Of a stretch of DNA of 64,000 bases, positions 22,201-33,620 are shown in pieces; the stretch's first letter is position 1; each line of letters starts with the position of its first letter. The translations under genes were made by a program, and so were the position numbers. This stretch comes from Guillardia theta CCMP2712. Its lineage: Eukaryota; Protista; Cryptophyta. A model generated the notes under the pieces. That model had not been told where the DNA came from, did no database searches, and saw only the letters and a list, made by a program, of their open reading frames with translations. The DNA lies in assembly GCF_000315625.1 (NCBI RefSeq), contig NW_005434635.1:62001-126000 (forward strand), read 5' to 3'.

Positions 22201-25200
22201 CTGGCTTCCAGAGCAAGTGATCCAAGGGTACATCAGCCTCATCGTCAGCTCCCAGACCTCCAGCAGCGCTGAGCTGAAGGCCCAGCTCGGGTCCGCGCTA
22301 TCCTCCCTTCTCCTAGTCCAGACCTCTCAGGTGATCGTGCAAGAACTCAACGAGGTGCTTCAAAGGGCCTCCAAGACGTCTTGGACAGCTTCCTTCCTCG
22401 TCTTGTCTTCTGTCGTCTCGCCGCACGTATCGTTCAAGGAGCTCGAACGTCTTCTGGGCAGTCGGGGAGTGGAGGCTGTCGTGCTCGAGCTTCGGTTCCA
22501 GGCCGCTGCCAACGTGACGGTTGACTCAGACGTCTGGAGTGGATACTGGATGTCGCAGGACGAGCAGCTGGAGGCCAACATCAGGTACCAGCAGGCCTCA
22601 AGCTCTCTGGACCTCTACACGAACTTGGAGGCTGATGACGTGGTCTGTACGGGCGAGGTGAGCAGCGGGCGATGGACGCCCGTGGGCAGCTGTTCGTATG
22701 ACGCATTTACGGTGAGCAGGTGGAGAGAAGGGAGGCCTCCTTGGTCTGCTTCAGGTCCGACGGATCCTCCATGGCAGGGATGTCGCTGTCGATCTCTTCA
22801 GCTGGGACTCTGCAGGGGATCTACACAGACTCGTTCTCAACGAACTTCACGAGTTGCAGGTGAAGTTGATCTGACCCCCTCTGGTCGAACTGACCTGTCG
22901 CACAGCAAGCCGCAGACTGTCTCCTCCTTCCAGATCTCCCGCCCGTTTGGGGTGATTGGGGCCACGACCTACGACTTCGTATACATCTCCTGCTCAGACA
23001 ACGCTGGGCAGCCGACGTCAGCTCTGATGGAGGTAGATCACACCTCGCAGAGCTTTATACCCAGGATTGTAAGTTGCTCCTCCTCAGCCCTGAAGCTGCT
23101 GCGTCGCTGACTGTCTCATGCCCAGGTGCACCAGAGGAGCGCGATCTCGATCTGGAGCGAGCATATCCAGCTGTGCAGGAGGGACTACATGCTCCTCGCC
23201 TACCACTACAACGTGGAGACGCGGAGCTACCAGACCTACTCGGTGCTCTACGACCTCGAGTCCGTGCTGCAGCCCTCCCCACTGATCTCGGAGGTGGCGA
23301 GTGTGGAGACGTTTGGAGCTGCGCACATGGAGACCTTCGAGCTCGAGGGGGAAATTTACGTAGCGGTCTCCAACTACTACGACGGTTTCTCGCACAACAT
23401 CAGCTCCGCCGTCTACCTCATCGAGCAGAACAACTGCATCGACCAGGTCAGCCCGACCACCTACAACTTCAAGCTCGTCCAGAAGATCCCGACGATCGGG
23501 GGCATCTGCATGCGGTCTTGGACCCTGGGGACGGTGAGGATGCTCTGCTCCTTGCTCTCGTGACGATGAAGCAGGATCGGTTTCTAGTAGCTCTCAGTCA
23601 GGTCTCAGGCTCTCTCCTCTTCATGAAGTGGTCCTCCTCTTCCCAGCAGTTCGAGAGGTTGTACGAGCTCAGCCTCCCGTCCCCCTCGCACGCTGTCGTC
23701 TGGACCTCGCAGGACAAGGCGTTTCTCGCCGTCTCCTCCTCCTCTGCCGACACGATTATCCTGCAGCTCAATGCCGCGGGCAACGTGGTGCAGAATAGCT
23801 CGCTCTCGACCGGGCCCTCCTTCTCTGTCCGGCGCTTCTCCTGGGACGGCGACAACTGCCTGTCCCTGGCGATCAGGAGCGAGCAGCTGGTGAACTTCAA
23901 TGGCCTAGCAGAGGTTCACTGTCAGAGCCTGTGGGGCGGAGGAGGATGGAGGCGGCGCCTGGCCTTCCCAGCCGAGTCTTCGTCTCCACCGCTCTACGTC
24001 TCGTTGGGAGGGATGAGTCTCTTCATCTCCATCCTGAGGTAAGCTCTCTTTCATAAGCTCCCTCCCTCCTCTGACTGCTGGGCTGCAGCTGGGGAGAGGG
24101 GATCACTTTGCTCCCAATCGCTCCCTTCGAGCTCCTCCTGACGGTCGACTCGGTCGTCTTCGACGGCTTCCTGCCCTCCTCCTTGAACTTCACACAGAAC
24201 CTGACGAGCATCCGTCTTGTGTCGGGGGACAGCGTCTCTTCTGCTCTCTGCATGAGAAACTTGCGCTACCCAGCGACACAGCTTCCCGCCCTGAACCGCA
24301 CTCTCTGCCTCTCCGTCGTCGGCGAGCTCTCTCACCAGAGCCAATGCGTGTGCAAGCCGGTCGACGAGACGAACTGCGCAATCTTCTACGATGTCGCACT
24401 TGACGTTCCCTGTGAGCGCGAGGTGTTCTCCTCAAGTTCAAGGTTCCTTAGGTGAAGCTGCATGCTTGTTCGTTACTCATAGGCCTTTGTGCTCGCCCCC
24501 CTCCCAATCCTTCTCTCTCCTCCTCCTCTTCCTCCTCCTCCTCTTCCACTTCCTCCTCCTCTTCCTCCTCCTCTCGGGCTCATGGACCTTGAGCTCATGA
24601 GACTTCTATGTAGGAATCCCAAGATCGCAGTCGATGTCTCTGAGAGCTACCCCAACCGGGATGGCCCGGGGGCGAAACTGCCGGCGAATCTCAAGCTCAA
24701 GGTCCTTCGTGTGGAGTCGCAGGTGGCCGGCGGCACCTCCGCTCTCGTCGTCGGTCTTCCTTTCCTAGTTGAGCTCTGGATCGCTGACTGTATCGGACAA
24801 CCCGTCGACTTTCACAGCTTCTTCAGCAGCAACTCGAGCTTGATCGTGCAGCTCGACGGCACAACTGTCACCTCTCGGAGGCACGAGAGGAGGAACGAGT
24901 CGTACGTGTTCTACTTCGAGGGCAACAGAGTCTTGCAGGCCAGCCAGGCAGCCCAGGTGCTCGTTCAGTACCAGGATGATGTCAACAATATCTCCTCCGA
25001 TGTCTTCCACCTCCCGGTAGCGCAGGGGATGTGGATGATGAGCAGGAACGCGTCCGTCAGGTTCCTCCCGGGGGCCTCCATCACGGTAGTCCACAAGGCT
25101 CTCATCTCCTTCGGTGGCCTCCAAGGCCCCGACCCATCCAACGTCCTCGTCGCCTACCAGCCCGAGCTTGACCTTGTCATCCTCCTGCCGCCAGCGGCAG

Positions 25201-28200
25201 GCAGCGCCCCGAGCCCGCGCGCGTATCATGCAGCGTGCGAGGACCAGGGGAGGTTGTGGATCCAGGGAGGAGAGGCGAGGGGGCAGATGTTGGGCGGGCT
25301 GTTCATGTACGACGGGACCTCTTGGTCAGACTTCTCCGGCATGCCGGGAGAGCCGATGCTGGCACACCATGAGATGATAAGCGACGGAAGCAGCCTGACC
25401 CTGTTCCCAAGGAGGAGCCTAGCAAACGCCCTCGCCGTCTATGTGTGGAAGTGAGTGATGAGAGGAGGAGGAGGAGGAGGAGGAAGAAGAGGAGGAGGAG
25501 GAGGAGGAGAGATAGAAAAGATAGTGAGAGGAAAGTGAGGAGGAGGATATCGTCTTGCTGCCTGACCTCATTCCGACAGCTTTGCATGGAGCAACTGGAA
25601 TGCCTTCGAGCTGTTCGGGGTGACCGACACGGAGGAAGTGACGTCTCTGTACGTCAGCGAGCTACATCAGGTCGTCTTCTTCTCAGGCAAGGGGTCAAGC
25701 TGGATCTTCGACCTCAACGAGAGGGCCTGGAGGCCTGGGACTCGAACCCCCGACCTCGAGCTCCTTGTATCGCTGCAGCCTCAGCGTCTGGTGTGGGTCC
25801 AATCGAGGTCCGTCAAGTTTTCACCTGTCGCTGTTCCCAGCTCCTCACAGCTCCTTGCCAGGCTCGTGGTCTTCTCCAGCAGCGAGTCCAAGTGTGTCTC
25901 CCTCTCCATCCTCAACTCGTCCGTCGCTCCTTCCGGTGCCCCCCCCCTCCCTCTTCCCCCTTCCCCTTCCTCTCTCGTGCTCCAAGCGCCGACTGCCCCA
26001 GCTGACAACTCTCGTCAGGTGAACTACAGCTCTCTCTGCTCCCCTCCGTGCAGTTCCTCGGGTCGGGCTTCTGCTACAGGGACAGCAACATCTCGACCAT
26101 CGTCGCGCTCTCAGACAGGCAGCTCTACGGCTTCACTACCTCCACGGGCAACGAGTCCCATAGTTCTGCCGTCGTCGTATCCCTAGAGCCTGCCTTGGCC
26201 CTCACGGCCTCCATGTGGGACCGCTGTTCCTTCCTGTCCTTTGCCGGAGAAGCCATCGCTCCTCCTCCTCAGGTTCCCCCCTGCCCCTTCCCCAGTCTCG
26301 TCAGCTCATCCCGCCTTTCAGATCCAATTGCTCGACATGCTCGGCACGGGAGTCCGGGGCTACGTGGGCGCGAGGGAGGTGAAGCTTTTGGTCGACGGGG
26401 CCATGGAGCCTCTGGCATCCATGACGGTAAGATCCTCGTCCTTATCCTCCCCCAGCTGACCGCCAGCTATCAGATGAGCTCGGTCAGCTCACCGTTCTTG
26501 CACCTCATCCTCACTCAGAGCGCGAACTACACCCTCAGGTTCCTCTCCCCGGGCCTCTTCTCTCCCCAGATCTGCACCCTCCGGGTCCTTCCCGGGGTGC
26601 TGGCGTCGGCAGACTTCGAACCCCCCTCCCTCGTCTACAGGAACACGACCTTCGGGGTCCAGCCCAGGATAGTGCTGAGGGACAGCTACGGGAACCTCCT
26701 GGCGGACGACAGCTGGACTAACATCACCATCTGCCTCGAGCTTCAGCCCTCGGACTCGATGGCTCTAGAGGGAACGAGGACACTGACATCCTACCACGGG
26801 CAAGTGCAGTGGACCGACCTGAGAGTCATGGCGGCCTCCGGGTCCTCCTTCCAGCTTGTCATCCAGTCGCCGACCCGAACTGTCTATCGTTCCGCTCCCC
26901 TTGCCTTCACCCCCATCAGTCAGTCTCAGCTGCAAGCTCAGCTGGACGCCCAGCAGACGTCGGAGAAGGCATTCGGTGCCAATGTCAGCCTCGTCATGCT
27001 TGACTTTCCCTTCCACGTCATCGAGGGATACGAGCTCGAGGTGCAGCTCAACGTCCTCAACGCCTCCTCCTCGGCTCCCGCCCCCTTCTCCGGCGCGTCG
27101 GCGGCGACGCTTTCCAACGGAGTCGCTGTATTCACCGACTTGCAGATCCCGCGAGCAGGAGGCTACCTGCTGGTGTTCAGCTGTGCCAGTGGCAGCACAG
27201 TCAACAGCCTCATCCAAGTGGTCCATGGCTTGCCGCACAGGATTCAGATCGAGGCTTTCCCTCCCTCTGCTACTGTCGGCTCCTCCCTGCTCCTCCCTCC
27301 CGTCCTGGTCCTGTTGGACGCTGCTGACAACCTGGTCAACACCGACTACTCGGAGGCGATGACGGTCACTTCGCAGCCCTCCAGCGCCCCTTTGCAAGGG
27401 ATCACGTCGGAGTTGTCACGGCAGGGAGTTTTCACCTTCACGGACCTTCGGGTGTACGAGACGGGCAACTTCACCTTGACCTTCCACTTCGCCGTCAACG
27501 ACTTGAACGCTTCCGCCAGGGTCTTCATCGAGGTCGGCAGCCCTGTCAGGCTCTTCATCACTCAGCAGCCGGAAGGAAACGTCTCCAACTTGACGCTCTA
27601 CGTGCAGCCGAGGCTGGGGCTGAAGGACGTGGGTGGAAACCTTGTGTCTCCCTCCTCCTCCCTTCCCAACTTCACAGTCTTCGCTCAGGCGTACCCGGCA
27701 GCACCTGATGCTTCCAGCATGCTTCGTGTCTTATCGCAAGTCCCTCTCTCCTCCCCTCGGGCGATGTTGCCCTTCATCGTCAACGGCAGGAGTTTCGTCG
27801 CCGTCGCAACTGACCAGCTCAACAATGACGCCTCCACCAGTCAAAACCTCCCGCTGCTCTCCGTCATCTTCGAGTTCGACGTCAGCGGAGGCCTCACGAG
27901 GAGGCTGGCGGTGCCGAGCATGAAGGCGTCGGACTTTAGCTTCTTCCAGGAGCAGCAGAGCTCGTTCCTCGTCCTCGCCAACTACTTCGACCCCCTCCGA
28001 CAGTCCTACTCGTGCAAGACCCTCGTCTTCTCCTTCGATTCTTCGCAGCCCCCGACCCTGCACGTTGTGCAGGAGCTGCCGACCTACGGAGCTTCCAGGC
28101 TGAGATCCTTCCAGATGGGAGGCAGAACTTTCCTTGCGGTTGCCAACCAAGGCGATCGGACGTCCCCCGCTGTCTCGTCGGTTTACGCGTTTGACAAATC

Positions 28201-31200
28201 GACCAGTCAGTTCTCGGTGGTCGATGAGTTTGAGACGCACCTGGCGACTGACTTCGAGCACGTAGAGGTGAGAGGGGGAAGAGAAGGAAGGGAATGGGAA
28301 TGAGGGGAGGCGAAGGGGAATGGGGGAGGTAGGGAGAGCAAGAGGGGAAGAAGGGAAGGAGGCGGAGGAGGAGGGAGCAAGAGGGGAAGGGGGTGGGGAA
28401 GGAGTTGGATTTAACAATTTCCATGGCGGCAGGTGCAGAGTGAGAACCTGCTAATTGTCACGAATCAGGTGAGGAGAGAGGAGGAAGGGAAGGGAAAAGA
28501 GGAGGAGAGGAGGAGAGGAGGAGAGGAGGAAGAGTTCCCTGTCCTGAGACGAGGTCCAGTACAACTTCACTCAGAGGAGCTTCACGGCCACGTGCCATGT
28601 CTACCGGTGGAGGAGCGAGAAATTTGACCTGCAACAAGAGATTTCCTTTGGTAGATCCTCCCGCGGCTGACGGCACGTTTGCTGACATGGCTATTAGATG
28701 GCGCCTTGAGCGCGAACAGCTTCTCCATGGGCGACCGCGTCTTCCTCCTCCTGTCTGGGAGGACAGACACGTATCAGGCCACGAGCAAGCTCTTCCGCTA
28801 CGACGTCCCTTCCAACCTGTTTGAGTTGGTGCAGACTGTGGAGGTAAAAGTTTATCTAACTCTAGTTTCTCCTCCTCACTGTGACTTCAGGACCTCTTCT
28901 TCCCCCGCAAGAGCGTCTCTTTCGATCTCCTCCCTCTCTCCACGGGCTTGTTTGCCTTTCAAGTCTCGCCGGCTGCTCGAGCGTACGACTTGAGGGCGTA
29001 CAACCTGACGGAGGAGGGGATCATTCCAGCTCTGACCGACCTGCTGCACTTTGAGGGTCTGCCGGAGGAGGAAGTAGTCTTCCATCACCCGCAGGGAGAA
29101 ACTCTCCTCCTCCTCTCCTCATCGCAGGCGGTCCAAGTCAGGCAGGTCTATCCTCACCCCGTCCTGCGCGGGCGGCGACACGTCACCGGCTCCCACGAAT
29201 TCACCTTCACTGACCTGGCGGTCGAGCAGGTGGGGACTTTTGTCCTTACCTTCTCCTCCTGGCCGGAACTCCTGCCAGCCGTCTCGACCTCCTTCACCAT
29301 CCTCGTGGGACCCCCGGCAAGGTTGTCCTTCGCCTCCTCCATTGGAAGCGTGACTGGTGCGAGAGGTTCGAGTACCTCCGGGCTCGCTGACTTGCTTTCA
29401 GTCGGTCAAAACTTCTCCTCTCCTCTACGAGTTCTGCTCCTTGACGCCGGCGGCAACGTGGCGGCGCAGGATCAGAACGTTTCCATTCAGTTGGTGTCCT
29501 CGACGTCAACATCGGCAAACTTCATGCTCCTGCCCGCTGCTTCAGATCTTTCGTTCACCTTGACAGACACGGTGAGATCAGGGAGGAGGAGGAGGAGGAG
29601 CAGGAGGAGGAGCAGGAGCAGGAGCAGGAGCAGGGGGACAGGAGAGCAGAGGAAAGGAGAGAGAAGGGGGAGGGAAGGGGAGGAGAGAGGAGAGGGAGAC
29701 AGAGCACGAGGGTCGAGGCAGAGCGAGGAGGGAGTGAATTTACGATCGTGATGCAGGTCACAAGCATGTCAGTGAATGGTGTCGCCACCTTTGCCTCCAT
29801 CAGCGTCCCCACCGTTACCGACAGCATCCTCCTCATCGCCTCCTCCCCCTCCCTCCCTCCCGCTCGCAGCAACTCGTTCGCTGTGCTCCCCGGGCGGCCT
29901 GCGAGCCTCGAGATCCTGCAGGAGCCGCAGGGGGGGTATGGAGGGAGAGAGCTGCTGGTGCAGCCAAAGCTGAAGCTGCTGGATGTGGGAGGAAACCTTG
30001 CTGACGTGGCGGGGGGAGCGACGGTAAGGATCAGCATCGCGCAGGAAGCTTGCGGCATCAGCGCCATAGCTGGAGGAGCGTCGCAAGTCGCTCGCTCCTC
30101 CATCGTCACCTTCACCGACCTCAGCGTCGTCCCCCGTGCTGTCAGCTGTCAGGTGCGAGAGGAGAGGGGATGTAAACTCGCCTGCTCTGACTTTCACCTT
30201 GTGCCAGCTCAAGTTTGTGGTGGAGGAGCTTGCTAGCGCCGGGGGAACTTGTCGGGGGCCGGCCAACCCTTGTCACGCCCTCTCCTCCCCCTTCGCCTCC
30301 CTGTCCTCGCTGCCCACTCAAGTCCTCATGCTCCCCGTTACTCTCCAAGTCGGAGCTGCCAACCTGACTTCGGGTAGCTTCACCGTCAAGACGAGCTGCG
30401 TGCCGGAGCAGCTGGGGGATCTGGTGGGCCTGTACGTGTCATACGGAGAAACTTTCCTGTCTGAGGTAGCGACTCGCCTTAGTTCCTCCCCGCAGAGCCC
30501 AGGGCCCATGCTCTCCTTCAACGTCACTCAGTTTACCTCCCAGCCCCTCCCTGCCAACGTGACGGCCGTCAACTTCTGCATCACCAGCCCAGCAGCCGCC
30601 ACCAACTTCCTCCTGCTCGGCTCCAACGCTCACTACGAGGCTCACGGGCTCTACAGGCTCGTCAGGGTGGAGGGCAGCAGCCCGGTCTTCAGTCAGTCGC
30701 AGCCGGACTATGTTGTTATCAACGTGAGCAACGAGAGCTTGAGCGGCGTGTACGGCAGCACTCAGACATGGAGGAACTCGAAGCCGATCTACAAGAGAGG
30801 AGGAGGCAATCAGTTCCTCTCTTGGTCTGCAGACCAGACGTGGCAGATCGCTCCTGACTGGCTCGCTCCTCCTGTCCTCACAGTCATGCCGGAGGACATC
30901 TCTACGGAAGTAGAGGCGCACGAGCTGCTGTACGACCTGAGCGATGGGTATTGGAAGGTGAGGAGGGGCAGCGGGGAAGTCAGCGTGCGAGGGATGGGAA
31001 CGGCGGACGATCCCTCCTCGGTGATGTCGTGGGAGGAGGCGGAGGTGGGAAACTTCACGGAGAACTGGAGGATCGGGATGATGAAGCAGCCGACGGTGAA
31101 CATGGCAGATGAGCTCAACAACCCGGTGACGAGCAACCTGACGGTCTCAGCGGCTGTGGTCTCCTACAGCAACTTCTCCTACTACAAGGTCGGCAGCAGG

Positions 31201-33445
31201 AGGATGGAAGCGTTCGCCCTCAAGAGTCTCTTCCTCCCCGACGGAGGCTTCTTCATCGCGGGAGCGAGGGTAGCTGCTCCCTCCTGCGCCAACTGTTCCT
31301 CTCCCCCTCCCACTCGCTCCTCCCTCCTCAGGTACTCCGATAGCAGAGGCCACAGCATGGCAGCCGTCACCAACGGGAACCTCGAGAGCGAGGGAGCTTG
31401 TCCGCGAGCTTGGAGCTGCGCAGGGAAAGTCGAGACAAGCTTCCTCCGCCCCGACGGCGTTCTGACCCTCGACGAGCTTGAATTCTCCGTCCCCTTCAAC
31501 CGCTCCAGGAAGAGCCCTGGGGCTCTGCTGGGCCCTGAATACGGGAGGATTTCTCAGCTCTTCCTCAAGGGAGCGCGAGCTGGGGACCGGGTCAGCCTCT
31601 CCTTCCTCGCGGGCCTCTTCACCGACGTGACGTATACGCACGAGGTCGGGGGGCTGACGGTGAAGGTCAACGAGCAGGTGGTGTTTGGACCGGTGTTCCC
31701 TCCTCCTCTGTCGGTGGCGGGGCTCACCAGGTACAACTTCACCCTAGTGGTGCAGGAGGGGATGGTGGGAGGGAGCGAGCTACACCTGGAGATGCGCTCC
31801 TCCTCCTCCTCGTTCGCTCCCGTCGCCCAGGTCATGGTGGCGGCGGTTCAGGTGGACGAGCACGTGTCCTCGTCCTCCTTCCAAGGGAAAGAGCTCACAG
31901 GCACGCGCTCTCATGCAGGGCTGGAGGGAAGGTACAACCTGACGGACCTCGTGCTGTTGAACCAGTCGGTGTGGAGGGGAGGAGGAGCAGGCGGAAACGT
32001 CTCCTTCCTCTTCTTCTTCCCTCCCGCTGGCGTGTGGATTGTGATCAGCCAGCAGTCCCTTGCCTCCGACGGCATCCCGGAGCTGCTGGCGCTGGGCTCC
32101 TCCTCTGCCTTGTTCGAGCCATGGCGGGAAGTGTTGTCGGAGTCGAACAGGAGCAGGAGCGCAGAGGAGGTCTGGAGCCTGGTCTTCTCCTTCAGCGAGG
32201 ACGAGCACCGCTACAACCTCGATATCTCGCTTGCCGACGCGCTCGAGGCCCTGAGGCCGCAGGCCCTGCTGCTCTCGGGCATGGCCGTGGCCGTTGAGAG
32301 CCTCTCGGCCTCCTGCGCGGGCCCAGATCGCCTCCACCTGCTCGCGTTCGCCTCCTACTACGACGAGGAGCGGCGGAGCTACCAGACGCACTCTCCGGTC
32401 TACCGGCTGCTCCCCTCCCCGCCGACTCGGCGACGCTGCTGCAGGCGCTGCCGACGACCGGAGCCAAGGACTTGAAGCATTTCAGCATGGCAGGTAGGGA
32501 GTGGCTGGCAGTGGCAAACAACTTCGACGGGGTCAGTAGGAAGATCTTCTCCTCCCTCTTCCTGTGGCGGGCGTGCCAGTTCCAGGAGCAGCAGCGGCTG
32601 CTCACCGACGGGGCCCTGCAGTTTGAATTCGCCAGCACCAGCAACCTGAGCCTCCTCCTCCTCTCGCAGAGCGACCCTGCCGCTGACCGTCACTCCCTCC
32701 GCGTTTTCCTCTTCGACCCGAGCACACAGCTCTTCGAGGACAGCTCGAGCATCGCTCTGCCTTCAGAGACGCGCATTGCGGCAGCTGTGGAGCAGGACGA
32801 GTGCTACGTAGCCGCTGCCGGCTCCTGCTCTTCGTGCTCGGCTCTCTACAGGATCCGAGGAGGAATGGTGGAGAAGGTGCAGGAGTTGAGCATAGCGGCA
32901 ACGCGCGTCTCCTCCTTCGCTATCGGCTCGCGGAGCTTCTTCGCGTTCGCGGGCTCGAGCATGGGGGTGGTGGAGGTGTCGCTGATGTACCTGGCGGGAG
33001 GGGTGCTGCATGCTCACGTACCGAGGAAGCAGAGCAGCATGGTGGCGGAGGGAGAGACTTGCTCTAGCATTGAGCTGTTGCGCATGCGAGGAAGAAATTT
33101 GCTGCTCGTCCTCGTCGACGATCGTCTGCACACGTGGGAGGTACGGATCTACCCCCTCGCTTCCCTCCCTCTTCCTTCCCCTCTTCTCTCCTAACTCTGT
33201 CGCCTGTCCCCCTGACTCTTCTCCAGCTCCTTACCGGACAGCTCGAGGGCGGAATCTCGAGCGTGGAGGCGGAGGCGGTGGAGGGAGTGGCGGAGTTCAG
33301 GGGCGTCGTGCAGGCGAGGCCGAGGGAGGAGAAACTTTCAACCTCCTGGGAGCTCTGGACGGAGAGGACGCGGGAGAATTCCCTTCCTGCAAACGACCTG
33401 AAGGTGGTGGGGGGCATGGAGGAGTGTAGAAAATGGTCACAGTGA
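16295..33445 (+). CDS. Giant secreted/surface protein (~5000 aa): IPT/TIG-like domains, ~20 Ig-like repeats, EAR/EPTP repeats, kelch-like repeat; multi-exon (could be more than one gene)
   Basis: ATG 16295 gives a signal peptide (MAPSHCRAILCLINMLLSCQLVRS) spliced via two short introns into a ~6.1-kb exon; repeat QP...v.l.D..GN...l.G....GvA.F.DL recurs through 33300; EAR-like VQELPTYGASRLRSFQMGGRTFLAVAN and HFSMAGREWLAVANNFDG; kelch-like PSPRAYHAACEDQGRLWIQGG. Confidence 0.75.
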
Positions 33446-33620
33446 AGCGATTTAATCAACAGAAGCGTGAGGGTGATGAGAGGAGGAGGAGGAGGAGGAG
33501 GAGGAGGAGGAGGCTGCAGTTGACACCTACCCTGTCCCTCTCCCCTTGCTAACTCTCCTCTTCCCTCCTCCTCTGCTTCTCCTCGGGCCATCCTATTCTC
33601 TTCTCCTCTCCTCTTCTGCG

